A stretch of DNA of 64,000 nucleotides from IMG/VR virus record IMGVR_UViG_3300020048_000022; one strand, 5' to 3'. Position numbers and translations under genes: made by a program. The stretch comes from an uncultured virus (IMG/VR IMGVR_UViG_3300020048_000022) (Duplodnaviria > Heunggongvirae > Uroviricota > Caudoviricetes). The notes beneath the pieces were generated by a model, which had not been told where the DNA came from, did not search any database, and was given only the letters and a program-made list of their open reading frames with translations. Below, piece after piece: positions 30,021 to 40,095 of the stretch; position 1 is the first letter of the stretch; each line of letters starts with the position of its first letter.

Positions 30021-30356
30021 TTAATTCAAAAGGGATTCATCAATCTCGAATCGAGATATCTCATCGATCTGTGATTCAGTGAACCCCATTTTTACTAAAG
30101 CACTTTTGAACGGGAGCCAAACATTTGGACTCGGTAGCCAATCAAATTTCACTTTGTAATTGTCTGTACCCCATGCACCAACTACTGCTTTAGCTCTTCT
30201 CACTAGCTTGTACGGATCCTTAATTGCATTGGCCATTCGCTGAGCTTTTCCTGTGTCTGGTACATACTCGTCATGTGAAGAGGTAAGTCCTACTGCTCTA
30301 TCGTAATCCTTTGGTTCCGGTTCGATTGAGTCTATGTTAAATTCTTTTACGTTCAT
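30021..30356 (-). CDS. hypothetical protein
   Basis: Co-oriented ORF. Confidence 0.7.
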   Translation of the reverse strand: MNVKEFNIDSIEPEPKDYDRAVGLTSSHDEYVPDTGKAQRMANAIKDPYKLVRRAKAVVGAWGTDNYKVKFDWLPSPNVWLPFKSALVKMGFTESQIDEISRFEIDESLLN

Positions 30357-30368
30357 GTGTTCTTAAAT

Positions 30369-30842
30369 TTAGGATAAAAATTCTTTGATATTAAACCAGA
30401 TCTCGAATCCATTAGCGATCTTGTCCTGTCTTCCGTTCTTACTCCAGAACCAATCATGCGTGAACTCGCCTTTAATCTTTGAGACCTCTTTAACTATAGG
30501 TTCATCTCCAACGTAACCAAATACTACTTGAATAGGAGTTGCAAACTCGATGATAGCTTCGTCCTGATAGTCTGCGGATCTCTCAATCTTACAACCGTAA
30601 AATTCGATTGTCTTTTTGTTGCGCTTACGAGTGAGTCTATTAACCCAAGCTGATGTACCGTCATTATCAATCTGGTTAGCTAAACGAGTATAATCAGAAA
30701 CTCGTGGGTAAGTTCCATCCTCGTTATCGTCAGATATCTCAAATAAGATTGCCTTTCTTATATGCGAAGAATGACTTCCTGTATAAGGAGATAATACCTT
30801 TCCTTCTTCAATAACGTCCCAAAGGGTGTGTGTTGATTCCAT
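30369..30842 (-). CDS. hypothetical protein
   Basis: Own promoter. Confidence 0.75.
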   Translation of the reverse strand: MESTHTLWDVIEEGKVLSPYTGSHSSHIRKAILFEISDDNEDGTYPRVSDYTRLANQIDNDGTSAWVNRLTRKRNKKTIEFYGCKIERSADYQDEAIIEFATPIQVVFGYVGDEPIVKEVSKIKGEFTHDWFWSKNGRQDKIANGFEIWFNIKEFLS

Positions 30843-31022
30843 AGCTTTTATTTAATTGGTTAACTCAAATATATAGATTTTTCTACATAATTAAAAATGA
30901 TTTCCCAACATTTCCTGATCAGAATCTCTGGGGTTCCCCAAGATATCCTGCGGCTGCTACGTGGCAAACCTGAGGCCACAAAAAAAGACCCCGAAGGGTC
31001 TTAGTCGTTAACCAATTAACTC

Positions 31023-31442
31023 TTATTCGTCGTCTTCGTCGAATTCGATTTCTCCTAAAAGGTCTCGAAGTTCTTGTGGAAGATCAGGATCGTTAAGCAT
31101 CATATCGATCAGACCCTTAGGTGGTTTGCTCGGTCCCTTTCCTTTTACCATGCCTTTCATGTCCTCCAACATTTTGACCATCATCATTTTTTGTTTAGCT
31201 TCGGCAGAAGCACGAATACATCCCATTACGAAACCAGCAAGGACTAGTTTTTTCTCGTAAGCGGTGATCTTCATATCGACCTCTCCAAGCTCGCCATCTC
31301 TGACCTCAGCTGCAGTTGCTGCTAAAGCGTCCGATATGGTATCGTACTTTTCAAGATTCTCTTTTACGATTTCTTCAGCCTCTTTGAAGAAATCATCTTT
31401 AAGGCCTAAGCCTCCTGTAACCGTTTGTGTTTTTTCTGACAT
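31023..31442 (-). CDS. hypothetical protein
   Basis: Own promoter and terminator. Confidence 0.75.
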   Translation of the reverse strand: MSEKTQTVTGGLGLKDDFFKEAEEIVKENLEKYDTISDALAATAAEVRDGELGEVDMKITAYEKKLVLAGFVMGCIRASAEAKQKMMMVKMLEDMKGMVKGKGPSKPPKGLIDMMLNDPDLPQELRDLLGEIEFDEDDE

Positions 31443-31582
31443 AGTTAATTATTTAATTGATTTACATAGCTAATATAGAAACTTCTACTTGATATAAAAA
31501 ATGATTTTTAGAAATTTCTGGAAAAAGTTTTAAGGGAGAAAAAAAAGGTCCCGAAGGACCTTCTCTTGATAACCAATCAAAC

Positions 31583-31834
31583 TTAATCTACCCAAATCTC
31601 TTGAGATTCAGAAACCGATCTCCATGCGCCTTTCTCCAAATCGTAATAAGAAGTTTTAGCTCCTGGTGATGTACCACCCTTAGGGTGTTGTAGTGAAGGA
31701 ACACGATCGAGATCTAATGTTCCTAATGCGATGCGTAATGATCCGCCAACCTTTCTGTAATAGAATTTGAACGAACCTGTTCTTAGACCTTTCTTAAGAT
31801 CCGTGTGTGAAATTTGTTTTAAACTGTCTGCCAT
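31583..31834 (-). CDS. WYL_2/DUF2693-like Sm-like SH3 beta-barrel protein
   Basis: F.Y.KV.GS.R.A.GTL, P...HPKG, YYDLEK.AWRS. Confidence 0.8.
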   Translation of the reverse strand: MADSLKQISHTDLKKGLRTGSFKFYYRKVGGSLRIALGTLDLDRVPSLQHPKGGTSPGAKTSYYDLEKGAWRSVSESQEIWVD

Positions 31835-32029
31835 AGTTTTTTTTATTTGTTTGATTAACTATATAAATATAAGGGAAATCAATTGATATAAAAAATGATT
31901 TCTAAACATTTCCGGATTAGCAGATCTGGGGTTCCCCAGGAATCTTCCCGTAGATACGGGGGAAACCTTAACCCACAAAAAAACCTAGGATAAATCCTAG
32001 GTCTCTTCAACAACTAAACTATGTCGAGT

Positions 32030-32290
32030 TTAATTTTGACAGATTGCTTCTTCTTTGAAATGTTCAGCAACGGTTCTTTCACCGTTTAACATCTGTAATT
32101 CATTTAAGAAATTCACTATGTGAACTCCCATAAGTTCAGCGTGGTTTACATCGTTACCAGCTAACAGTACAACTTTCATCGTCTGTGCAATGAAGTTGAT
32201 TTGAGAGTCATCATTTGCTTCTCCTAGATCAGAAAGATCTCTAATGTCTTCCATCACCTTTTTGATTGCGTTTAATTTTCTTGAGTCCAT
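32030..32290 (-). CDS. hypothetical protein
   Basis: Own promoter and terminator. Confidence 0.75.
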   Translation of the reverse strand: MDSRKLNAIKKVMEDIRDLSDLGEANDDSQINFIAQTMKVVLLAGNDVNHAELMGVHIVNFLNELQMLNGERTVAEHFKEEAICQN

Positions 32291-32359
32291 TTCCTATGTT
32301 TTAATTGGTTAAGACAAATATAGAAAATTCTATTTAATCAAAAAAATGATTCTTGGAAA

Positions 32360-32659
32360 TTATCTTATTGTGAGTTTCTTTACATCTACAACGGATCCAT
32401 CAGACTTAAGTAATACAACATAAGTTCCTTTCTCATTTGTATTTATGTGTATAGATTTAGCTCCGTTAGAAGGGATAGCATCTAGATAAGTTATATCATC
32501 TTTCGTTACCGAGATGGTATCTGCGTTTACTTCCCAATTAATAGTTCCGTAAGCATCACAGTCAGAGTTCTTTTTAGTCTTACATGAAAGTATTATCGAT
32601 AGTAAACATAATATACCTAGGATAATAATAAGTCGTGTGTTTAATGTTTGGTTTTTCAT
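32360..32659 (-). CDS. putative lipoprotein
   Basis: Lipobox-like ILSC followed by KT...CDAY. Confidence 0.7.
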   Translation of the reverse strand: MKNQTLNTRLIIILGILCLLSIILSCKTKKNSDCDAYGTINWEVNADTISVTKDDITYLDAIPSNGAKSIHINTNEKGTYVVLLKSDGSVVDVKKLTIR

Positions 32660-32718
32660 ACTTAATTTTAGTTGTGATTTATAGTGAAATCTACGTGAAT
32701 GTTTCGGGGGTACCTCAG

Positions 32719-33120
32719 TTAGAAGAGTGTAACACCATGACTATTACGATTCATCATAGCATCTATAATTTCTTGAACTCTAGTGTATCTTCTTGTCTCT
32801 ATTATAGTACGTGCATCTATCTTTAACTTAAGAGTACCATTGTTATGTACTAATGTCCAGTAATCTTTCTCGTGTTCATCATTACAGAAACCTAGTTTAG
32901 GTGAGTGCTCTATGGAGGCTCCGCAGAAGTTACACCATCTTAATTTAGCACCTGATTCTTTAGGTATAGGAATGATCTGAAACTTCACTGTGTCTCTCTT
33001 AACCAACGGAGGAGCATCCGCACTTCCTTTCTTACGTGCTCTGTATGCTTTGTCAGTACATTTCTTTGAACAATAAGTTCCTTTTCTTTCGTGTTCGGTA
33101 GAACATATCGGGCATGTCAT
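32719..33120 (-). CDS. double zinc-finger protein
   Basis: CPIC...YCSKKC...AYR.RK and CNFC...FC...H. Confidence 0.75.
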   Translation of the reverse strand: MTCPICSTEHERKGTYCSKKCTDKAYRARKKGSADAPPLVKRDTVKFQIIPIPKESGAKLRWCNFCGASIEHSPKLGFCNDEHEKDYWTLVHNNGTLKLKIDARTIIETRRYTRVQEIIDAMMNRNSHGVTLF

Positions 33121-33325
33121 AGTATTCTTTATTTGTTATAGAGCAAATATAATGAAAGAATCCTGGATTCTGGCCTGGGGAACCCCAGGAAAATATCATC
33201 AGATGAATGATAAAAAACCATTACACAAAATAAAAGCTCGATTTCTCGAGCTTTTTTGAGTTGACAGATTGGAACTGAGATAATGGCAGTAATCTCAGGG
33301 TATTCGGGATATGGCAGTCACCCGA

Positions 33326-33538
33326 TTATACTTCTTCTAGGATATAATAGTTTCGCGTATTTTTACGTAATCGAAGTACCTTGCAATCTTTTCCTTCCGG
33401 GTTTGTGTGTATTTTTCCTGTTTCTTCGAATGTCACGGTTGCGCCAGCTTTTAAACTAGTTAGACCTTTTTCTTCGAATTTGAGACTTGCGTAAAGTTTG
33501 ACAGGATTCTCTAAGATGATGGTTTGTTTTCGGTTCAT
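33326..33538 (-). CDS. small protein, possible distant relative of the EQKAKK-family C-terminal domain
   Basis: VKLY..LK.E......AG....F, R..K..RNYY. Confidence 0.6.
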   Translation of the reverse strand: MNRKQTIILENPVKLYASLKFEEKGLTSLKAGATVTFEETGKIHTNPEGKDCKVLRLRKNTRNYYILEEV

Positions 33539-33555
33539 TTTTTTATGTTTTTAAA

Positions 33556-33789
33556 TTAAACTATTCTTCGGTAACTATTAAAATCGTTCATAACATAAAC
33601 GTACGAATTTCCGGAAATATCAGTGCCTCTTACTAGAAGATTATCTCCTTGCCACATAGCGTTATCAAGTGTTAAGAAATTTGGACTACCGGCTAATCTC
33701 CATTCGTATGGACTGTAATACAGAAGTATCGTATTATTATTCGGGTCAATTTTTATTAAGCCGAAGTTTTTGCATTGTTGCCAGTTCAT
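33556..33789 (-). CDS. hypothetical protein
   Basis: Promoter variant at about 33814-33850. Confidence 0.7.
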   Translation of the reverse strand: MNWQQCKNFGLIKIDPNNNTILLYYSPYEWRLAGSPNFLTLDNAMWQGDNLLVRGTDISGNSYVYVMNDFNSYRRIV

Positions 33790-33875
33790 GTTATTTAGAG
33801 TTTAATAATTATTACAAATCTATGGAGTATTTTCTATATAAAAAAATCTTTTTCGGACTTTTTAACATTTCGTTG

Positions 33876-34397
33876 TTAATTACTGAATGATATCGTCATT
33901 ACTATATCATTAAAAGCTCTCACGGTGTTATCTTTATCTACCCGATTACCTCTTATATAAAGTATCATCTTAGGGTTTGAAACAGAGTTTACTGTCTTAG
34001 CGTCAATAGTAGATAATACGTATTCATCATCCATAATTTCTAGTAGATCAATATACTCATCTCTCTCTCCTACACTATCGGTAAATAAAGTACCGAATAT
34101 TTTTTTCTCGAATTCGGTTGTTGCTAAACCTTTTATAGTCGTATTAAAGTCTTCTGGAAATATATGGTTACATACGCTGACTATTTCAATATTCTTATCT
34201 TGCGCTGCTTTTATTATTTCTTCTAATTTATATTTCTCGTTTCTCTTTAACCCTATCTGTAAAAAAAGTGCGTCAACCAATCCCTTTATCTTCATATGCT
34301 CCATCGATCTTCTAATATTGATTATAGATAAAGCACTCAAAGAAGTTACCGAATTATTTTGGCCGATTAATCGGCTTTGTTCCCTGTGCGATTTCAT
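33876..34397 (-). CDS. hypothetical protein
   Basis: ORF of up to 173 aa; start uncertain. Confidence 0.6.
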   Translation of the reverse strand: MKSHREQSRLIGQNNSVTSLSALSIINIRRSMEHMKIKGLVDALFLQIGLKRNEKYKLEEIIKAAQDKNIEIVSVCNHIFPEDFNTTIKGLATTEFEKKIFGTLFTDSVGERDEYIDLLEIMDDEYVLSTIDAKTVNSVSNPKMILYIRGNRVDKDNTVRAFNDIVMTISFSN

Positions 34398-34614
34398 AAT
34401 AATAAGGTTTTGGTTTTTCCTTTGGCTTGCTCGTCTTACTCATAATTATCCGTTTTTGTATAGAGTAAATGTAGACGATTCTACTTGATATAAAAAATGA
34501 TTTTATATAAAATTTACTCGAGGAAAAAAACGATTCTTAGAAAAAATGTGAACAAAAAAAAGCCGGATATAAACCCGGCTTCTCCAAACAACCAATCGAA
34601 CGAACAACAACTGA

Positions 34615-35067
34615 TTAGATTATCCCCACTCTGAAGAAGTGCGGATCTTTCTCTTGTAACTGATGCGTCATACGAAGCACATTAAGTATCTCCTTCTGAC
34701 CACCAGCAATATCTTTTACCTCTACTGGAGGATTTTCTGCTTGCTCAATCAAATCTTCTGGTAGCACCATCAATCTAGGTGATAGTCCTGTATCAGTCCA
34801 AATCTTAATTACGAGTTCAATAAGATTAGTAGGAGTCTTACCCTCTTTAATCTCTTCAGCAATCTTAATCTGAAACTCTGGGTCCATCTCTATAGCTTGC
34901 TCATCAATGGAATTCATTATATCTTCTGCTTGTGCATTATCTAAAATGAAATTAAGTCCTCTTAAAGGTCCATACATGTGATGTACCATGCCCATGAAGA
35001 CCTTACCTTTGGTTTGATCAATCATTTCATTTAACTGTCCTATAACTTGTTCTTTTGTCTGGTCCAT
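34615..35067 (-). CDS. hypothetical protein
   Basis: Own promoter and terminator. Confidence 0.75.
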   Translation of the reverse strand: MDQTKEQVIGQLNEMIDQTKGKVFMGMVHHMYGPLRGLNFILDNAQAEDIMNSIDEQAIEMDPEFQIKIAEEIKEGKTPTNLIELVIKIWTDTGLSPRLMVLPEDLIEQAENPPVEVKDIAGGQKEILNVLRMTHQLQEKDPHFFRVGII

Positions 35068-35271
35068 TTGATTTATTTATGAGACAAATATAAGAACTCA
35101 TCTCTGATTAAAAAAATGATTTCTAGAATTTTCTAAAAAATCAACCTATAGGTTTAGCACCGATTCATTTCCGGAGGTTCCCCAGAAAATCCTGCGGATG
35201 CTGCGTGGCAATTCCTGAGGCCACAAAAAAAGGAGACCGAAGTCTCCTTGATTTTGGATATGGATTGGGCG

Positions 35272-36777
35272 TTATTGAAATTCCACTCTAACCACTTGAT
35301 TGACGATTGAAGATACCTCTTTAGGTAGAAGCTTCAAATCCCAAACACATTTCGAATAAGTGTAAAGAGTTCCGACGTGGTCTGCTTCGATACCAATTCC
35401 GACTGTGACAAATTCGTCTCTTCTTGCTCGTTCTAAAATTCTTTTGAGCTCTTCGTTATGCGCTTGACCTCCATAACTATTACCGCAAGGTTCACCGTCG
35501 GATAGAGATATGAAGATTATGCGGTCATCATTAGTCTCTCGCACTTTCTTATGAATAGCTTCGATAACCGGTCCATCGTAATTTTGTTGCCAAGACACCT
35601 GATTGTAAAAGCGGATATTCTTTTCGTACTCTGGGTCGTGTGGTGAATAGAACGTGTAAATCTCAGGTGAGTACTCTCCACTATGTCCGTAGATGTATAA
35701 TTTATCTGGAGGTAGAATTTGACTCATTGCGAGATACAGAGTATTCAGAATATGATGCTGAGCGGCAATTCGATTTCCTTGTCCCATGCTTCCTGACATG
35801 TCGGCTAATATACATACTGAGAAGGGTTTCGTATCCTGCTCCTCTACCGTTTGTTTATAGACGCTCATATTCCCTGCAGGGATCTCGGCTATTTTAGATG
35901 TGTCGAGTTTGCCAATTCGAAGGTTCTTAACATCATCGCTCTTCGGATCAAAACTGATGTCCAATAGTTTGATTAACATCTCGGAATCTTTCTTCTCCGC
36001 TTCAGTGAAACGATAAGTATTTTCTTCTTTGATTTTCTTTTTATCAAAAGGTACGAACTTAGGTATTTCTGTATATTCGGATAATGATTTTGTATGCGAC
36101 CAAGGTTTACTTTCGTTAATGTCTTTCATTAACTCCTGAATCGTCTTACCGCTTTTTCCTTGAGGTTGACTTCTACCAGGTTTCTTGCCTTCGCCTTTTG
36201 CTTCACCCTCGCCTTCTCCTTCACTTTCGTTCTCTCCTTCTCCTTCTCCCTCGTCTTCTCCTTCGCCTTCTCCTTCACTTTCGTTCTCTCCTTCTCCCTC
36301 GCCTTCTCCCTCGCCTTCTCCCTCGCCTTCTCCTTTCTCTGGTTTCGGTTCAGGAATTTCCATCTCGATTGTACTTGATAAGATCGAATCTTTGAAGTGT
36401 TCAAACATAGGCGCCATCTCAGGATAAGCTGCGCAAATCCGACTTAAGATATCTTCGCTATCCAAAGACACTACCGAATACTTCTTAATAGTGGTTCCGA
36501 AGTAAGAAGGCTTCTCGATAACCTTTGAAGGAAACTTATCGATTAAACCTTTCTCTTTCGCTTTAAGGATATAAAGTTTAACAAGCTTCTCCGCTTGCCA
36601 ACTTCCTAATTCCTTAGCGGCTTCGCCATTGGCTTTCACGTCCAAATCGAAGTCTAATTTAATAAATGGATAATCCGAGAGTACTCTACTAAATCCACCA
36701 AAGTGAGACTTTTCCCACCCTGAGGTTGATTTGTAACCTCCGCCCCATGAACTACCCCATCCTTTGTAACCTGCCAT
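35272..36777 (-). CDS. VWA-domain protein (CobT/NorD-like), paralog A
   Basis: MIDAS DMSGSM, NYDG..I, LSDGEP, VGIGI; (EG)n acidic linker. Confidence 0.9.
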   Translation of the reverse strand: MAGYKGWGSSWGGGYKSTSGWEKSHFGGFSRVLSDYPFIKLDFDLDVKANGEAAKELGSWQAEKLVKLYILKAKEKGLIDKFPSKVIEKPSYFGTTIKKYSVVSLDSEDILSRICAAYPEMAPMFEHFKDSILSSTIEMEIPEPKPEKGEGEGEGEGEGEGEGENESEGEGEGEDEGEGEGENESEGEGEGEAKGEGKKPGRSQPQGKSGKTIQELMKDINESKPWSHTKSLSEYTEIPKFVPFDKKKIKEENTYRFTEAEKKDSEMLIKLLDISFDPKSDDVKNLRIGKLDTSKIAEIPAGNMSVYKQTVEEQDTKPFSVCILADMSGSMGQGNRIAAQHHILNTLYLAMSQILPPDKLYIYGHSGEYSPEIYTFYSPHDPEYEKNIRFYNQVSWQQNYDGPVIEAIHKKVRETNDDRIIFISLSDGEPCGNSYGGQAHNEELKRILERARRDEFVTVGIGIEADHVGTLYTYSKCVWDLKLLPKEVSSIVNQVVRVEFQ

Positions 36778-36802
36778 ATCTCTTTTGTTTAATTGGTTAA
36801 GA

Positions 36803-36839
36803 CAAATATATGGATTTTTCTACAATATAAAAAATGATT
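36803..36839 (-). promoter_or_regulatory. class-I promoter (representative copy)
   Basis: AATCATTTTTT-ATATTGTAGAAAAATCCA-TATATTTG then TCTTAACCAATTAAACAAAAGAGAT-ATG. Confidence 0.9.
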
Positions 36840-36981
36840 CCTGAAATAAACCTATTTGTAGTATTTGTAGATTCATTTCCGGGGGTTCCCCAAGATTTTC
36901 CTTATTTGCCTTATTCGGATTCTTGGCCCACAAAAAAAGGAGACCGAAGTCTCCTCTCTTAGATATATGGAGGGTGTGGAA

Positions 36982-38448
36982 TTACTGAAACTCGGTCTTA
37001 ACGACTTGATTTAAAATGTTCGCAATTTCCTTTGGCATCTTAGTCAAATCGAAAACTGATTTGTGATACGTGTAAAGTTCCTTTACATAATCTGTAGCGA
37101 TACCAATACCTACTGTGACAAATTGATCTCTCCTCGCTCTCTCTAGAATTTTCTTCATGTTGTCGACATCGTCGCAAGGCTGTCCATCGGAAAGACTAAT
37201 AAGAATAACTGGTCGGTCTGTGGTCTCTCGTATCTTCTTGTGAACCGCTTCGATTACTACTCCATCGTAATTTGATTGATTCTCGATCTTGTAATATTGC
37301 TGTATATTCTGAAGATAGTTTGGAGAGTACGGACTACAGAATGTGTGGATTGTGGGATCGTTATCATCTGTGTGTCCGTAGATATGTAAATCGCTTTCAG
37401 GAATGATTTCGCTAAGTGCTAGGTATATCGAATTCAGAACCGAGAATTGCATATCTAATCTTGATCCCTGCATACTACCAGACATATCGGCTAACACACA
37501 TACGGCAAATTCTTTTGTGTCCTGATCGTCAACTGTCTGTTTATAGACACTCATATTTCCTGCAGGGATCTCGGCTATTTTTGAAGTGTCGAGCTTACCA
37601 ATGCGAAGGTTCTTAACCTCGTCACTCTTAGGATCGAAACTAATATCAAGCTGTTTAAGTATCATCTCGGCATTTTGTTTCTCTTCATGCGTCGGTTTGT
37701 AATCTTCTCTTTTAGAAGACTTATCTTTAGGCGTAATAAACTTAGGCTTATAATCATCGCCACTTAAACTACCCCATTTTGCAAATGGTTTCTGTTCCGC
37801 CATTCCTTCAATAAGCTCCTTAAGCTTTTTGTAGTCCGGAGTCGAAGCTCCCCATCCGCCAGGCTGCTTTTTCTCCTTGCCCTCACCTTCTCCGTCGTCT
37901 TGTCCTTCACCTTCGCCTTCACCTTCGCCTTCACCATCTCCTTCTTGTCCTTCCCCTTGGCCTTCTTTCTCGTCTTCGCCTTCTCCCTCTCCTTCACCTC
38001 CTTGACCTTCGCCATCCTCCTCTTCAGGAACTTCGACCTCGATTGAGCTATTTAGAATAGCGTCTTTGAAGTGTTCGAACAAAGGAGCAAACTCTTTAGA
38101 CTTCCTCATGACCTCGTTTAGTACATCAAGACGATCTAACTTAAGTACGTCGAACTGTGCATCGCGACCTATAATGTTTGGCTTAACCACTCGCTCTATT
38201 GTGAGGTGATGAATAAGTTCGTACTCTTTACATTTCATAACGTAGATCTTAACGAGCTTCTCCGCTGTGAAGATTCCTTCCTTCTTTCTTAGCTCTGGAT
38301 CTGCTTCGATCCTACCTTCGTGCCCAATCTTGATATATGGGTAGTCCCAGATGATTCGACTAAATCCTCCGTAGTGTGAATGTTCCCACCCTGACGTTGA
38401 CCAAAACGATCTTTTCTTTTTACCATATCCGTACCCGTATCCTGACAT
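36982..38448 (-). CDS. VWA-domain protein (CobT/NorD-like), paralog B
   Basis: DMSGSM, NYDG, LSDGQP; acidic Gly-Glu linker. Confidence 0.9.
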   Translation of the reverse strand: MSGYGYGYGKKKRSFWSTSGWEHSHYGGFSRIIWDYPYIKIGHEGRIEADPELRKKEGIFTAEKLVKIYVMKCKEYELIHHLTIERVVKPNIIGRDAQFDVLKLDRLDVLNEVMRKSKEFAPLFEHFKDAILNSSIEVEVPEEEDGEGQGGEGEGEGEDEKEGQGEGQEGDGEGEGEGEGEGQDDGEGEGKEKKQPGGWGASTPDYKKLKELIEGMAEQKPFAKWGSLSGDDYKPKFITPKDKSSKREDYKPTHEEKQNAEMILKQLDISFDPKSDEVKNLRIGKLDTSKIAEIPAGNMSVYKQTVDDQDTKEFAVCVLADMSGSMQGSRLDMQFSVLNSIYLALSEIIPESDLHIYGHTDDNDPTIHTFCSPYSPNYLQNIQQYYKIENQSNYDGVVIEAVHKKIRETTDRPVILISLSDGQPCDDVDNMKKILERARRDQFVTVGIGIATDYVKELYTYHKSVFDLTKMPKEIANILNQVVKTEFQ

Positions 38449-38555
38449 ATCCTTTTGTTTAATTGGTTAAGACAAATATAGAAAATTCTACTTAATATAA
38501 AAAATGATTTCAAAAAAAAGGACTGACGAATTTAATCGCCAGTCCCGTATCTTTT

Positions 38556-39596
38556 TTACTTAGCGTCGTCCAAGATCGCTTTGATACTTTTAAGACCTTC
38601 TTGACTTCCAAGACCTTTGCAAAGTACGACGTAACCGTCATAGATCGTAAAGCCGTTTGAAACCAATTTCGTAATTGTCTTAAGGTGACGAAGCGAAAGG
38701 TTGAACGAGATTTTGAACTCTTCGTGTTCCTTGTTAATCTTAGTGAACACGTCAACCAATTTTTTGATCTTCGTATCGTCCACTGTAGGGAACTCGCTTT
38801 TAAGCGTTGCCTCGATATCTTTGCTGTTGATTGCATCGACTTCGATTAACATGAAGCGGTCAAGTAATGCACGGTCTAACTTGTGCGTTCCTGTGTATTG
38901 ACTACCCATGTTAGCCGTTGAGAAGAACACGCAGTTCGGGTGGATCTTTACGGCCGTCGTATCGTGGAACGAATACTCCATCGGTAACTCTCTTCGGAAG
39001 TCAAGGCAAGGGAATAACAAGTTGTTCGACATTGCTCCAGCTCTTGAGATTTCGTCTAAGAGTACGATACCCGGTTGTTGAATGACCTCGGAGAAGCGAG
39101 AACGTTTGAACTCCGATTTCGTTACTCCGTCTTCTACTGTGATGACGTGAGTTCCGACAAGCCCCATTACAGGATCGGTCATTGTGCCCATGTCGAAGAT
39201 CGTAAGCGGTATTCCAAATACCTTAGCCAAGTTTGCGACCACTTCCGTCTTTCCAGTTCCCGTTGCCCCGATAAGCATCGTATTGACCCCAAATTCGATG
39301 TTGTGCTTAGCGATCTCGAAAGTGCCCGACTCCATCTTGAAGTATCCGTTCAGTGTGACAGTGTTGCCCGACTTCACAGCCAACTTAGGGTCTGCGGTTA
39401 AGCGAGGGGATTCGTCTATCGCTTCTACAGCTTCCGATACTACCGTCTTTCTCTTTCTTAGAGATTCCGAGATCTTTGCCTTAGCTTCCTCGCTCATAGG
39501 CTTTCTCACTTTCGGAGTAGCTTCTGATGCCGCTGCCAGGTCTAAAATTTCCAACGTTTCCGTTACTGCCACTTCTGCTTTTTTTGTTCTTGCCAT
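38556..39596 (-). CDS. MoxR-type AAA+ ATPase (CbbQ/NirQ/NorQ/CobS-like)
   Basis: Walker A GATGTGKT, Walker B VLLDEISRA, TAN.G..Y.GT..LD.ALLDRF, S.R.L. Confidence 0.92.
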   Translation of the reverse strand: MARTKKAEVAVTETLEILDLAAASEATPKVRKPMSEEAKAKISESLRKRKTVVSEAVEAIDESPRLTADPKLAVKSGNTVTLNGYFKMESGTFEIAKHNIEFGVNTMLIGATGTGKTEVVANLAKVFGIPLTIFDMGTMTDPVMGLVGTHVITVEDGVTKSEFKRSRFSEVIQQPGIVLLDEISRAGAMSNNLLFPCLDFRRELPMEYSFHDTTAVKIHPNCVFFSTANMGSQYTGTHKLDRALLDRFMLIEVDAINSKDIEATLKSEFPTVDDTKIKKLVDVFTKINKEHEEFKISFNLSLRHLKTITKLVSNGFTIYDGYVVLCKGLGSQEGLKSIKAILDDAK

Positions 39597-39684
39597 TTTT
39601 ATATAGTTTTAATTGGTTTACTTAGCTAATATAGAATAATCTACTTGATAAAAAAAATGATTTTTAGATTTTTTTGGACTTTTT

Positions 39685-40023
39685 TTATTCTTTAATTTCA
39701 CTGTCCGAAGTGAAGAAGTTACGCTTGCCTCGACGTACTCTGTAGATCACACGACCACCTCGATTTGTGATTTGTTCGAAGCTTAACGTGGTACCTGCTT
39801 TGGCGCAAGACGAATTCACTGGTTCTAATCTACGGTTCCAATATAGCCTAACAGGGAATCCGAAAGTCTTCGTGAACGTTGCTACTACTACGTCCGGATC
39901 AGTGCGAGATCCTTCAACTGGCTCTAGCGTTGGTGTAGCCGCTGAGGCTTTCTTTCTTTCGCGGTAGGCTTTGTCGTAAGCTGCCTTCTTCGCTTTTTGT
40001 TCTGTGGATAATTCCTTTTTCAT
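39685..40023 (-). CDS. basic protein, EQKAKKAAY family paralog 4 (divergent)
   Basis: EQKAKKAAYDKAYR; VRLY...L...NS.CA..G..LSF..I.N....YRVRRGKRNFFT. Confidence 0.85.
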   Translation of the reverse strand: MKKELSTEQKAKKAAYDKAYRERKKASAATPTLEPVEGSRTDPDVVVATFTKTFGFPVRLYWNRRLEPVNSSCAKAGTTLSFEQITNRGGRVIYRVRRGKRNFFTSDSEIKE

Positions 40024-40095
40024 TTGTATTTGTTTAATTGATTTACTTAGCTAATGTAGAATAATCTACTTGATAAAAAAAATGATTTTGAGAAT

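Noticed and set aside
36129..36427. Several repetitive ORFs (SPSPSP, KAREKARE, RLLPRLL)
   Set aside because: Alternative-frame readings of the (EG)n linker in the VWA gene.
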